From: Escherichia coli
Lineage (GTDB): Bacteria > Pseudomonadota > Gammaproteobacteria > Enterobacterales > Enterobacteriaceae
Length of the DNA: 64,000 nucleotides
Assembly (NCBI RefSeq): GCF_003334305.1
Contig: NZ_QOWS01000009.1
Strand: one strand, 5' to 3'
Program-made: the position numbers and the translations under genes
The notes under the pieces: generated by a model
The model's database searches: none
The model's input: only the letters and a program-made list of their open reading frames with translations
Told to the model about the DNA's origin: nothing
Part shown: positions 22,297 to 35,780 of the stretch, piece by piece
How the letters are laid out: the number at the start of each line of letters is the position of its first letter
Position numbering within the stretch: position 1 is the stretch's first letter

Positions 22297-23688
22297 TTAC
22301 TGTTTTTCTGGTGGGAAAATCAGATTCAGCACGATGGCAGTAATACCGCCCGCGGCGATCCCGGAGGAGAGCAGGTTTTTCAGCCATTCAGGGGCAAACT
22401 GCAAAATCAGCGGCTGCTGAGACACGCCCAGACCAACCGCCAGCGACAGCGCGATAATCAGAATCGCCCGACGGTTCAGCGGCTCACGAGAAACGATACG
22501 CACACCGGAGGCGGCGATGGTGCCAAACATTACAAGCGTTGCGCCGCCCAGAACCGGTTCTGGAATGTGTTGTACAAAACCGCTCACTGCCGGGAACAGA
22601 CCCAGCACGATCAACATCAGCGCGACGACAAAACCGACATAGCGGCTGGCAACACCAGTCAACTGGATCACTCCGTTGTTTTGCCCGAAGCAGGAGTTCG
22701 GGAAGGTGTTAAACACCGCCGAAACAAACGAGTTCAGGCCGTTTGCCAGCACGCCGCCTTTCAGGCGTTTCATGTACAGCGGACCGGACACTGGCTGTTC
22801 GGAAACGTCAGAGGTCGCCGTGATATCGCCAATGGTTTCCAGCGAAGTGATCATAAAGACCAGCATCAGCGGCAGCAGCAGACTCCATTCAATGCCAAGA
22901 CCGTAATAGAGCGGCGTTGGCACCATAATCAGTTCTTGCGTCATCGGTTCGTTGCTTTCTGGCAACATGCCCATAAACCACGCCAGCGCATATCCGGCCG
23001 CCATCGCAATCACCAGTGAGGCCACGCGTAAGTAAGGGTTACGTTGACGGTTAAGCAGGATAATTAAGGCTAAGACCACGCCTGCCAGCAGCAGATTTTT
23101 CGGTGCGCCGAAGGTGTTATCGCTCATGGCTGCGTAACCGCCGCCAATGGACGTTAACCCAACCTGAATTAGCGACAGGCCGATAATCATCACCACAACG
23201 CCAGAAACCAGCGGCGTAATAATGCGGCGCGCCAGATGCAGAACGCGGGAGAGCACCATCTCGGTGCAACTTGCCAGCATCAACGTGCCGAACAAAGCCG
23301 CCATCATGGTAGGAACATCAGCACCACCGGTTTTCAGCGCGGTACCGCCCATAATCAGCGGGGCAACAAAGTTGAAGCTGGTGCCCTGAATAGACAACAG
23401 CCCGGAGCCAACCGGACCCCAGGCCTTAATTTGAATAATCGATGCCACACCGGAGGCAAACAGCGACATACTAATAATGTGTTGCGTGTCTTGTGCCGGT
23501 AAACCCAGCGCCTGGCAGATTAATAGCGCTGGCGTGATCACCGCAACGAACATCGCCAGCAGATGCTGACAGGCGGCAAACAGGGTTTGAGGAAGCGGCG
23601 GACGATCTTCAAGACGGTAAATCAGTTCGCTGTTTTGAGTCTGCGCAACCGGTTGCGCATTTTCTGACTCGAGGGTGGAAACAGACAT
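22297..23688 (-). CDS. xanP: Xanthine permease XanP (NCS2)
   Basis: 463 aa from internal ATG ([18 protein letters not shown]...) of ORF 22297..23697. Confidence 0.93.
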   Translation of the reverse strand: MSVSTLESENAQPVAQTQNSELIYRLEDRPPLPQTLFAACQHLLAMFVAVITPALLICQALGLPAQDTQHIISMSLFASGVASIIQIKAWGPVGSGLLSIQGTSFNFVAPLIMGGTALKTGGADVPTMMAALFGTLMLASCTEMVLSRVLHLARRIITPLVSGVVVMIIGLSLIQVGLTSIGGGYAAMSDNTFGAPKNLLLAGVVLALIILLNRQRNPYLRVASLVIAMAAGYALAWFMGMLPESNEPMTQELIMVPTPLYYGLGIEWSLLLPLMLVFMITSLETIGDITATSDVSEQPVSGPLYMKRLKGGVLANGLNSFVSAVFNTFPNSCFGQNNGVIQLTGVASRYVGFVVALMLIVLGLFPAVSGFVQHIPEPVLGGATLVMFGTIAASGVRIVSREPLNRRAILIIALSLAVGLGVSQQPLILQFAPEWLKNLLSSGIAAGGITAIVLNLIFPPEKQ

Positions 23689-23967
23689 CGAAAACAATCC
23701 CGTGGTAGCAAAGCGGGCATTTTAGCTGACCGAAAGAGAAAAGCAAACGTTTGCCACATCCTCATCTAAATATTTAAATGAGATAAATGCACTTTTTTAT
23801 ATAACTTTTGGTATTTTTCTGCTTAAAATCCATGCCATTTGTTCATTAACAGCTGAGAATTTGACCCAGGAAAGCATAACTCGATACCCGTCATAGTTCA
23901 TGAAGTTGCCACTGCGCGATGAAGTATGACGAGTATGAAAGAGTGATGCGGATACAAAGGAGTAACT

Positions 23968-25173
23968 ATGTTTCATCTCGATACTTTAGCAACGCTTGTT
24001 GCCGCAACGCTGACGTTGCTGCTCGGGCGTAAGTTGGTCCATTCCGTCTCCTTTTTGAAGAAATACACCATACCGGAACCTGTTGCGGGTGGTTTGTTGG
24101 TGGCGCTGGCGCTACTAGTACTGAAAAAAAGCATGGGCTGGGAAGTCAACTTTGATATGTCCCTGCGCGATCCGTTAATGCTGGCTTTCTTCGCCACCAT
24201 TGGCCTGAACGCCAACATTGCCAGTTTGCGTGCCGGTGGGCGTGTGGTTGGCATCTTCTTGATTGTGGTTGTTGGTCTGTTGGTGATGCAAAATGCCATT
24301 GGCATTGGTATGGCTAGCCTGTTAGGGCTTGATCCGCTGATGGGGCTGTTGGCCGGTTCTATTACGCTTTCCGGCGGTCACGGTACGGGCGCTGCGTGGA
24401 GTAAATTGTTCATTGAACGTTATGGCTTCACCAATGCGACGGAAGTGGCGATGGCCTGTGCAACGTTCGGTCTGGTGCTGGGCGGCTTGATTGGCGGTCC
24501 GGTGGCGCGCTATCTGGTGAAACACTCCACCACGCCGAACGGTATTCCGGATGACCAGGAAGTCCCGACGGCGTTTGAAAAGCCGGATGTGGGCCGCATG
24601 ATCACCTCGCTGGTGCTGATTGAAACTATCGCGCTGATTGCTATCTGCCTGACGGTGGGGAAAATTGTTGCGCAACTTTTGGCTGGCACTGCTTTTGAAC
24701 TGCCGACCTTCGTCTGTGTCCTGTTTGTTGGCGTGATTCTGAGCAACGGTCTGTCAATGATGGGCTTTTACCGCGTCTTTGAGCGTGCGGTATCCGTGCT
24801 GGGTAACGTAAGCCTGTCGTTGTTCCTGGCGATGGCGCTGATGGGGCTGAAACTGTGGGAGCTGGCTTCGCTGGCGCTGCCGATGCTGGCGATTCTGGTG
24901 GTACAGACCATCTTCATGGCGTTGTATGCCATCTTCGTTACCTGGCGCATGATGGGCAAAAACTACGATGCGGCAGTGCTGGCTGCGGGTCACTGTGGTT
25001 TTGGCCTCGGTGCAACGCCAACGGCAATCGCCAACATGCAGGCGATCACTGAACGCTTTGGCCCGTCGCACATGGCGTTTTTGGTGGTGCCGATGGTCGG
25101 TGCGTTCTTTATCGATATCGTCAATGCGCTGGTGATTAAGCTGTATTTAATGTTGCCGATTTTTGCCGGTTAA
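23968..25173 (+). CDS. gltS: Sodium/glutamate symporter GltS
   Basis: 401 aa, MFHLDTLATLVAATLTLLLGRKLV...; SD AGGAG upstream. Confidence 0.95.
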   Translation: MFHLDTLATLVAATLTLLLGRKLVHSVSFLKKYTIPEPVAGGLLVALALLVLKKSMGWEVNFDMSLRDPLMLAFFATIGLNANIASLRAGGRVVGIFLIVVVGLLVMQNAIGIGMASLLGLDPLMGLLAGSITLSGGHGTGAAWSKLFIERYGFTNATEVAMACATFGLVLGGLIGGPVARYLVKHSTTPNGIPDDQEVPTAFEKPDVGRMITSLVLIETIALIAICLTVGKIVAQLLAGTAFELPTFVCVLFVGVILSNGLSMMGFYRVFERAVSVLGNVSLSLFLAMALMGLKLWELASLALPMLAILVVQTIFMALYAIFVTWRMMGKNYDAAVLAAGHCGFGLGATPTAIANMQAITERFGPSHMAFLVVPMVGAFFIDIVNALVIKLYLMLPIFAG

Positions 25174-25175
25174 AA

Positions 25176-26042
25176 ATGAAAAAGCGTCGGAAGGAACCGG
25201 AAACGCTACGTGAACACTGTCGCCATATTTTTGGTGATGAGCCGCCAGTGCTCTGTGTATGGGAAACGGAATTTGATTACGCAGATGCCGAACTCAAGGC
25301 GCTGGCGGCTAAAGAGTGGCAGCAGATCAGCGTATGGGATTTGAGTGCTTACTATGTACTCAATCTCGTTTATAACGAACCGATGCAAATAGATTTGTTT
25401 CGCTATCTGTTTCCGCTCTGCCTGGCGCAATGGCATGAAACCGTTTTAGCTGGCGGTTATGGTGATCACTTCGAAGAATCCTTAATGAAGGCATTGTGTC
25501 GGCCCTATCTCTGGCAGGAGATGATGAATGCTTCCCAACGCCAGCAGGTACGGCAATTTTTACTGGACACCGCGTTGCAGCGTATGGATAACGAGCGTGG
25601 TTTCAATAACGTTCTTTGCTGGCTGGCGGTGTTCAATACTCTGGGTGGGGCCGCGCCGTTAATTCGTTCTCTCTGGTCGCGCTGGTGGGCGCTGGATACG
25701 CCAGGAAAAGCGGTGTGTGCTATTCAGTATGCCGCGCATCTAATTTATCCCATAGAAGCCAATCCGTTATGGTCGCAAGAATGGATAGGCTGGGGGCATC
25801 CATTAGGCCATAAAGATGGCTGGTCCTCTGATAATCGCGCTTTTCTTCGCCAAATGTTAACACCTGAAATGATTGTGGCTGGCGTACAGGCAGCGGCTGA
25901 AATTCTGCGTGGTGAACCGGAAGGCGCAATGGCGGCGCGAATTGCACAGGATGCGTATGAGGCAATGGATATCCTCACTATCCAGATTGAAGATTTACTG
26001 CGTGACTTGTCTTGTGATGAGTCTGGTCATGCGTTGGAGTAA
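25176..26042 (+). CDS. Uncharacterised Trp-rich cytoplasmic protein (hypothetical)
   Basis: 288-aa ORF with ATG 3 nt after gltS stop; no TM helix or signal peptide; 13 Trp; host-like codon usage; 3' end overlaps recG 3' end by 16 nt; no recognisable family. Confidence 0.6.
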   Translation: MKKRRKEPETLREHCRHIFGDEPPVLCVWETEFDYADAELKALAAKEWQQISVWDLSAYYVLNLVYNEPMQIDLFRYLFPLCLAQWHETVLAGGYGDHFEESLMKALCRPYLWQEMMNASQRQQVRQFLLDTALQRMDNERGFNNVLCWLAVFNTLGGAAPLIRSLWSRWWALDTPGKAVCAIQYAAHLIYPIEANPLWSQEWIGWGHPLGHKDGWSSDNRAFLRQMLTPEMIVAGVQAAAEILRGEPEGAMAARIAQDAYEAMDILTIQIEDLLRDLSCDESGHALE

Positions 26043-28108
26043 CGTTCCGTCTCCGGCATCCAGCGTTCTATCAGGGCTTTTGCTTGTTGTGGGTAACGTT
26101 CGTGAATATGTCGCGCCAGGCGCTGAACTTCCGGGATCATCGCCTGATCGCGCAGTAAATCCGCCACTTTAAATTCAGCATTACCCGTCTGACGCGTGCC
26201 TAACAATTCGCCAGGGCCGCGAATCTCCAGATCTTTTTGCGCAATCACAAAACCGTCGTTACTGTCGCGCAGCACTTGCAGGCGAATTTGCGCCGTTTTG
26301 GAGAGCGGCGTTTTGTAGAGCAGCACGCAGTGAGAAGCCACCGCGCCACGACCTACGCGCCCGCGCAGCTGGTGTAACTGCGCTAGACCCAGACGCTCAG
26401 GGTTTTCGATAATCATCAGACTGGCGTTAGGCACATCAACGCCGACTTCAATAACGGTAGTGGCAACCAGCAGTTGTAGCTCACCTTGTTTAAACGACGC
26501 CATCACCGCCTGTTTCTCGGCTGGTTTCATCCGCCCGTGTACCAGGCCAACATTCAATTCTGGTAGCGCCAGTTTCAACTCTTCCCAGGTAGCTTCCGCC
26601 GCCTGCGCTTCCAGTAACTCTGACTCTTCAATCAACGTACAAACCCAGTACGCCTGACGACCTTCAGTCATGCAGGCGTGGCGCACGCGGTCAATGATGT
26701 CGGTACGGCGGGTATCAGGAATAGCGACCGTAGTCACTGGCGTGCGGCCTGGCGGCAGCTCATCTATCACCGAGGTATCGAGATCGGCATACGCCGTCAT
26801 TGCCAGCGTGCGGGGGATCGGCGTGGCGGTCATGATCAACTGATGCGGATGGAAGCCCTGCTGCTGGCCTTTCTCCCACAATGCCAGACGCTGATGCACG
26901 CCAAAACGATGCTGTTCATCGATAATCACCAGCGCCAGACCGTTAAACTGCACCTGTTCCTGGAAGATGGCGTGTGTACCGACAATCATCTGCACCTGAC
27001 CGCTGGCGATGGCTTCCTGCTGTGCCAGTCGCGCTTTACCTTTCTGCTTACCGGCGAGCCAGCCCACTTCGATACCGAGCGGTGCAAACCAGTTGCGGAA
27101 GTTATTGGCGTGCTGCTCGGCGAGTAATTCGGTTGGTGCCATCAGGGCCACCTGTTTGCCGTGGGCAATCGCACGCAGCGCGGCGAGGGCGGCGACCAGT
27201 GTTTTACCGGAACCTACATCGCCCTGCACCAGGCGCATCATTGGAACATCCAGCGCCATATCATGCTCGATCTCCGCCACTACGCGTGCCTGTGCGCCCG
27301 TTGGCTTGAACGGTAAGGCGGCGAGGAGTTTATTTTTCAGCGCGTCATTGGCGCTCAGCGGCTGGGCATGAAAACGCTGTGCTCCGGCACGTAAGGCTAA
27401 CATGCTGAGGTTGTGCGCCAGCAGTTCTTCCAGAATCAGACGACGTTGCGCCGGATGCTGCCCGGTTTCCAGATCGCTAAGCTGTAGCGTCGGCGGCGGG
27501 CGGTGCAAAGTGCGCAACGCTTCCGGTAGCGTCATCATTCCTTGTGACAGTTCCGGCGGCAGGAGTTCTTCAATGGCGCAGGTGTCGAGCAGATCCAGCG
27601 CCTGGTCGGTTAATTTACGCAGCGTGGCCTGCTTTACGCCTTCCGTTGTTGGATAAACCGGCGTGAGCGTTTCCTGTAATTCTGGCGTGCTGAGATCGCC
27701 CTGCACGCGGTATTCCGGGTGGATCATCTCCGCACCATATTTACCGCGCTTTGCTTCGCCATAAGCCAGTACACGGCGGCCCGTCGCCAGGCTATTTTTC
27801 ATTGCCGCGCTGAAATTGAAAAAGCGCATGGTGAGGATGCCGGAACCGTCGCTGATCTGGCAGGTCATCATCCGCCGACCGCCGAAGGAGATATTGCAGT
27901 TCAGCACTTCGCCTTCCACCGTGGCATAAACGCCCGGCAGTAGTTCTCCGATGGGGTAGAGATGGGTGCGATCTTCGTAGCGCAGGGGAAGGTGTAAGAG
28001 TAGATCCTGCACGGTATGCAGGTTGATTTTCGCCAGTTTGTTACTAAGTGCTGCGCCAACGCCCGTTAGGGAACTGAGTGGGACAGCATCTAACAGGCGA
28101 CCTTTCAT
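26027..28108 (-). CDS. recG: ATP-dependent DNA helicase RecG
   Basis: 693 aa from internal ATG (MKGRLLDAVPLSSLTGVG...) of ORF 26027..28141; Walker A GDVGSGKT, DEQH box. Confidence 0.97.
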   Translation of the reverse strand: MKGRLLDAVPLSSLTGVGAALSNKLAKINLHTVQDLLLHLPLRYEDRTHLYPIGELLPGVYATVEGEVLNCNISFGGRRMMTCQISDGSGILTMRFFNFSAAMKNSLATGRRVLAYGEAKRGKYGAEMIHPEYRVQGDLSTPELQETLTPVYPTTEGVKQATLRKLTDQALDLLDTCAIEELLPPELSQGMMTLPEALRTLHRPPPTLQLSDLETGQHPAQRRLILEELLAHNLSMLALRAGAQRFHAQPLSANDALKNKLLAALPFKPTGAQARVVAEIEHDMALDVPMMRLVQGDVGSGKTLVAALAALRAIAHGKQVALMAPTELLAEQHANNFRNWFAPLGIEVGWLAGKQKGKARLAQQEAIASGQVQMIVGTHAIFQEQVQFNGLALVIIDEQHRFGVHQRLALWEKGQQQGFHPHQLIMTATPIPRTLAMTAYADLDTSVIDELPPGRTPVTTVAIPDTRRTDIIDRVRHACMTEGRQAYWVCTLIEESELLEAQAAEATWEELKLALPELNVGLVHGRMKPAEKQAVMASFKQGELQLLVATTVIEVGVDVPNASLMIIENPERLGLAQLHQLRGRVGRGAVASHCVLLYKTPLSKTAQIRLQVLRDSNDGFVIAQKDLEIRGPGELLGTRQTGNAEFKVADLLRDQAMIPEVQRLARHIHERYPQQAKALIERWMPETERYSNA

Positions 28109-28113
28109 GGCAC

Positions 28114-28803
28114 TTACCCTGCAGCCTGCATAGTAGCCCACCAGTCGGCATCAGCTTCGATCTCGCCTTGCTGATTGACGTGGGGATAAGGCAGGCCTTT
28201 GCGTTTTGCGACTTTCGCCAGCACCGGATAGCCGCCTTCAAACAACAGGCGTTGTTGCTCTGCTTCCGGCAACATGCTGTTTTCACGCAGGTACATGCCT
28301 GCATTTTGCCGCTGACGCTGGGCTTCGTAAAGAATGAGGGCTGAGGCAACGGAAACATTCAGCGACTGCACCATGCCGATCATCGGAATGATGATGTCCT
28401 GATCCGCCAGGGCCAATGCTTCCTGCGTGATGCCCGTTTTCTCCTGTCCCATCAAAATGCAGGTCGGGCGAGTGTAATCAATTTCGCGGAAATCGACAGC
28501 GTTATCAGAAAGATGGGTTGCCAGAATCTGCATGCCCTGGCCTTTGAGATGAGCGACGGCATCGCCAATGGTGCGGTGTGTTTTCACCTGTACCCAGCTG
28601 TTACTACCCGCCGCTGCCGAAGCCATGGTGCGCATGCGGCTACCAGGCCAGACGGCGTGAACTTCATGTACGCCAACGGCATCTGCGGTACGAATAATCG
28701 CAGAAACGTTATGAGGTTTGTGGACCTGCTCCATGCAGACGGTCAGATCAGGCTGCCGCCTGGCGAGCATTTCGCAGATGCGTGCATAACGTGTTGGGTT
28801 CAT
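28114..28803 (-). CDS. trmH: tRNA (guanosine18-2'-O)-methyltransferase TrmH (SpoU)
   Basis: 229 aa, SPOUT methyltransferase. Confidence 0.95.
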   Translation of the reverse strand: MNPTRYARICEMLARRQPDLTVCMEQVHKPHNVSAIIRTADAVGVHEVHAVWPGSRMRTMASAAAGSNSWVQVKTHRTIGDAVAHLKGQGMQILATHLSDNAVDFREIDYTRPTCILMGQEKTGITQEALALADQDIIIPMIGMVQSLNVSVASALILYEAQRQRQNAGMYLRENSMLPEAEQQRLLFEGGYPVLAKVAKRKGLPYPHVNQQGEIEADADWWATMQAAG

Positions 28804-28809
28804 AAAACA

Positions 28810-30918
28810 TTAATTTCGGTTTCGGGTGACTTTAATCACGTCTGGCATCACGCGGATTTTGCGCATGATATTCGCCAGATGCACACGGTCACGGGCGGTC
28901 AGACGAATAAAGGCGCTGTAGACGCGACCATCTTTCTCTTCCGTATTCAAACTTTGAATATTCGAAGTCGTGGTGTTAATTGCCGCCGTCAGGTTTGCCA
29001 GCGCGCCCTGATGATTGAACATCTCCACCTTGATTTCGGTGATGAACTCCTGCGCCGTCTCTTTATCCCATTCCACAGCCATAAACTTCTCTGGCTCTTT
29101 CTGGTAGCCACGGATATTACGGCAGGATTCATGGTGGATCACCAGACCTTTACCGGGGCTGACGTGGGCGATAATCGGGTCGCCAGGAATAGGGCGGCAG
29201 CATTTCGCAAAGGTGATCAGCACGCCATCGGCACCTTTAATGGGCAGATGTCCGTGGCTTTGGGTTGCCGGTGGAATGGAGGCGTCCCCATGTTGCAGAT
29301 TTTTCGCGACCACCACGCTCATTGCGTTACCAAGTCCGATTTCTGCCAGCAGATCGTCAAGCGTTGCCAGCTTCATGCGATCCAGCTCGCGCTGAATATT
29401 TTCCTGCGGGATTTCATTCAGCTTACGGCTACCACCCAAAGCATGGTTGAGCAGACGACGGCCCAGGCTTACAGAATCATCACGCTTGAGGTTTTTCAGC
29501 AACTGACGAATTTTGGCGCGCGCTTTTGAGCTAACGACAAAGTTCAGCCACGCGGCATTCGGGCGAGCGCCCGGTGCGGTAATGATTTCAACGGTTTGAC
29601 CGCTGGTAAGCGGCTGCGACAGCGGGTAAGGCTGGCGGTCAACGCGTGCGCCCACGCAGGCATGACCGATATCGGTATGCACTGCATAAGCGAAGTCGAC
29701 GGGCGTTGCACCGGCAGGCAGCTCGACAATTCGCCCTTCCGGTGTGAAAACGTAAATCTCATCCGGGAAGAGATCGGATTTAACGCTCTCGATAAATTCA
29801 AACGAACTACCGGCGCTCTGTTGCAGCTCCAGCAGGCTTTGCATCCAGCGCTGGGCGCGGATTTGCGCGGTGGTGCTGGTTTCGCCGTGCTCTTTATAAG
29901 CCCAGTGCGCGGCAACACCCATCTCCGCCATCTGATCCATATCTTCGGTACGGATCTGGACCTCAACCGGCACACCGTGCGGGCCGATCATCGAGGTGTG
30001 CAAAGACTGATAGCCGTTCGCTTTTGGAATGGCGATGTAGTCTTTCACGCGACCCGGACGCGGCTTGTACAGGCTATGCATTTGCCCGAGCACGCGATAA
30101 CAGGTGTCAGAATCATTGACGATCACGCGGAAAGCGTAGATGTCCATGATTGAGTGAAAACGCTGCTCTTTGAGCACCATTTTGCAGTAAATCGAATAAA
30201 GATGCTTTTCGCGACCACTGACGCGGCACGGTATTCCCGCTTCCTGCAAACGCCCTTCGATTTCAGAGAGGATTTTTTGGATCATCTCTTTACGGTTGCC
30301 GCGCGCGGCTTTCACCACTTCTTTAATTACGCGGTAACGATTGGGATACAGCGCCTCAAAACCCAGCTCTTCGAGTTCGGTTTTAATGTGGTGGATACCT
30401 AAACGGTGCGCCAGCGGGCTATAAATTTCGAGAGTTTCACGGGCGATGCGGCGACGTTTGTCCGGGCGAAGTGAGCCCAGCGTGCGCATGTTGTGGGTAC
30501 GGTCGGCAAGTTTGATGAGGATGACGCGGATATCCTGCACCATCGCCATAATCATCTTGCGAAAGTTTTCGGCCTGCGCCTCTTTCTTATCGCGGAACTT
30601 GAGTTTATCAAGTTTCGACACCCCCTCTACCAGCTCGGCGACGCTTTTACCAAAAAGCTGTTCCATATCCTGGTAGGTGGCGGGAGTATCTTCAATCACG
30701 TCATGCAGCAGCGCCGCCATCAGCGTTTCATAGTCGAGTTTCATCTCGGCCAGAATGCAGGCAACCGCTACCGGGTGCGTGATATAGGGTTCACCGCTTG
30801 AACGTGTTTGCCCCTCGTGAGCATCACGTGCAACGAGATACGCCTGCCGCAGACGCTTGATTTGGTCTTCCGGCAGGTAGGTTTGAATCAGTTGATTCAG
30901 GCTTTCAAACAGATACAA
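28810..30918 (-). CDS. spoT: Bifunctional (p)ppGpp synthetase/hydrolase SpoT
   Basis: 702 aa; HD, RelA/SpoT, TGS and ACT domains; first codon is TTG (plus-strand caa at 30916..30918). Confidence 0.97.
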   Translation of the reverse strand: MYLFESLNQLIQTYLPEDQIKRLRQAYLVARDAHEGQTRSSGEPYITHPVAVACILAEMKLDYETLMAALLHDVIEDTPATYQDMEQLFGKSVAELVEGVSKLDKLKFRDKKEAQAENFRKMIMAMVQDIRVILIKLADRTHNMRTLGSLRPDKRRRIARETLEIYSPLAHRLGIHHIKTELEELGFEALYPNRYRVIKEVVKAARGNRKEMIQKILSEIEGRLQEAGIPCRVSGREKHLYSIYCKMVLKEQRFHSIMDIYAFRVIVNDSDTCYRVLGQMHSLYKPRPGRVKDYIAIPKANGYQSLHTSMIGPHGVPVEVQIRTEDMDQMAEMGVAAHWAYKEHGETSTTAQIRAQRWMQSLLELQQSAGSSFEFIESVKSDLFPDEIYVFTPEGRIVELPAGATPVDFAYAVHTDIGHACVGARVDRQPYPLSQPLTSGQTVEIITAPGARPNAAWLNFVVSSKARAKIRQLLKNLKRDDSVSLGRRLLNHALGGSRKLNEIPQENIQRELDRMKLATLDDLLAEIGLGNAMSVVVAKNLQHGDASIPPATQSHGHLPIKGADGVLITFAKCCRPIPGDPIIAHVSPGKGLVIHHESCRNIRGYQKEPEKFMAVEWDKETAQEFITEIKVEMFNHQGALANLTAAINTTTSNIQSLNTEEKDGRVYSAFIRLTARDRVHLANIMRKIRVMPDVIKVTRNRN

Positions 30919-30936
30919 GGGCGACCCGCTTTGTGA

Positions 30937-31212
30937 TTAACGACGACCTTCAGCAATAGCGGTAACGGCTTGTAATTCAGCGGCTTCCTGCTCTTGCTGT
31001 TCCTGGCGTTCGCGAACGTCGAGGATCTGGTTGTTGATCAGACCTTCTTCGATTTCGCGCAGCGCGATTACAGTGGTTTTATCGTTTTCTTCCGGTACCA
31101 GCGGATCCTTTCCGCCTACCTGCATCTGACGAGCGCGACGCGCGGCGACCAGTACCAGGTCAAAACGGTTACCAATTTTCTCTACAGCGTCCTGAACAGT
31201 TACGCGTGCCAT
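30937..31212 (-). CDS. rpoZ: RNA polymerase omega subunit
   Basis: 91 aa, [29 protein letters not shown]... Confidence 0.97.
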
Positions 31213-31266
31213 ACTTAAAAAGCTCCACAGGTGAAGAAATGACTGGGCATGATACTGAAATCAGGT

Positions 31267-32014
<748 letters not shown>

Positions 32015-32033
32015 TTTCCGCATTTGCCTGTGA

Positions 32034-34444
<2,411 letters not shown>

Positions 34445-34735
34445 GGTTCTCTCCCTAAAAATCTGTCTGGCAGGGTAGCGATTTGTGCGTATTGTCACGA
34501 TTGAGATTTTTTAAGGTGAGAGGAAATTGATAACTTGTAGTTATGTGAAATCGCTATTTTCTGTAGCGTAGATGCATTCTTCTGACTTCTTGTCTGAGAA
34601 AATGCATAAGAAAAAATAGGTTAAAATTGAGGGGTGGAAAAGAAAGGTGCAATGTTTAGCCATTGTGTTCACCGCACCTGGACTTTGGCTTACGCATCGG
34701 GCATCTCAATCAACAAAAAGAGTTTTTAGTTTCTG

Positions 34736-35560
34736 CTATTTCTTCTCTGTAATTTTTACACTGTTTTCCAACTGCTTGATGCTGACCTGCGGGGTCGGCA
34801 ACTCCTCAGGCATGGTTCCGCCAAGTTCCTGAATGGTTTGCCTCACCTTGCTACCCACGTCAAAGTGTGTGGTATTAGCTTGCTGTTTTGAATTCACGCC
34901 ATCCCGCTTGAGTTTTTCTTCTGTTTGGGTAGCTCGAAAGAGATTAGCCGCCAGTTCTGTTGAACCCATATGATCCAGGATCTTCTGACTCTTTTTCAGC
35001 CCCTTCAGTTGGTGGATGGCTTTCTGATCTAATCCACCATACAGCCCCTGGTAACCATGATTCTGAAATATGGCGAAATCAGTAGCTGTCGCTACCCCAG
35101 CTTGCTGTGCTGCCTCAACCAATTGTTTGTTATGTTCTTTCAACTCATTTCTCAGAAACAGACGCTTTTCGTCTTCACGAAGTTGCTTAAATGCTTCATC
35201 GTCAGCAAGCTCCTGCCGTCGGGTCTGGATAGCAAAATAAGTCTGCCCTGCCGCAATGACCGGTTTCGCAGGGTCGCCGTTTTGTACTACCAGGTAACAG
35301 GCATAGCGGGAGAGATGAACATCTTCAAGTTCTCGTTGAGCCCCTGAACCTAATACAACCATTTTGGTGGTTTCAACGAAATGGTCAGATGCAGCTTGAT
35401 TGCTGGCTTCGCACGCTTGAGTCGCGCGGGCCAGTACCTTTTGAAAATTGCGCCAGTCCCGATAATCCAGTAACGGTGCCAATTCTCTAGCTGACCAAAA
35501 TTCTTGCCCTTCAGTGCCATAATGCCGTATTTCTTCAAAAGGTTGATGATGTTCGTTCAT
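34736..35560 (-). CDS. dinD: DNA damage-inducible protein DinD
   Basis: 274 aa from internal ATG (MNEHHQPFEEIRHYGTEGQEF...) of ORF 34736..35572; LexA box upstream. Confidence 0.9.
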   Translation of the reverse strand: MNEHHQPFEEIRHYGTEGQEFWSARELAPLLDYRDWRNFQKVLARATQACEASNQAASDHFVETTKMVVLGSGAQRELEDVHLSRYACYLVVQNGDPAKPVIAAGQTYFAIQTRRQELADDEAFKQLREDEKRLFLRNELKEHNKQLVEAAQQAGVATATDFAIFQNHGYQGLYGGLDQKAIHQLKGLKKSQKILDHMGSTELAANLFRATQTEEKLKRDGVNSKQQANTTHFDVGSKVRQTIQELGGTMPEELPTPQVSIKQLENSVKITEKK

Positions 35561-35605
35561 TGCCCACTCCATGTGATATCGATTGCAAAGAAAGTAAATC
35601 TGTAA

Positions 35606-35621
35606 CTGTATTTATATACAG
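35606..35621. promoter_or_regulatory. LexA (SOS) box in the dinD promoter
   Basis: CTGTATTTATATACAG matches the CTGT-N8-ACAG consensus, about 45 bp upstream of the dinD start. Confidence 0.75.
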
Positions 35622-35710
35622 TTGTGAGTATCTCACGTTCTCAGTGTGCTGGGCAAAAAAACATCGCAAAATCTGGAGCAGGCACGCAAAACAGAATTGA
35701 AGTTGCGGGG

Positions 35711-35746
35711 AAGAAAAATGCCGCTCTGTTTGAGTGGGCGGCATTT
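35711..35746 (-). terminator. Rho-independent terminator downstream of yicC
   Basis: On the minus strand, AAATGCCGCC..GCGGCATTT hairpin followed by a T-rich run. Confidence 0.5.
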
Positions 35747-35780
35747 GTGAAGGCTGAAAAGTAAGAATTAGTGTTACGAG

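Noticed and set aside
28513-29529. 338-aa ORF on the plus strand
   Set aside because: Antisense to trmH and the 3' part of spoT; no start context; the opposite-strand genes are unambiguous
29596-30153. 185-aa plus-strand ORF
   Set aside because: Antisense inside spoT
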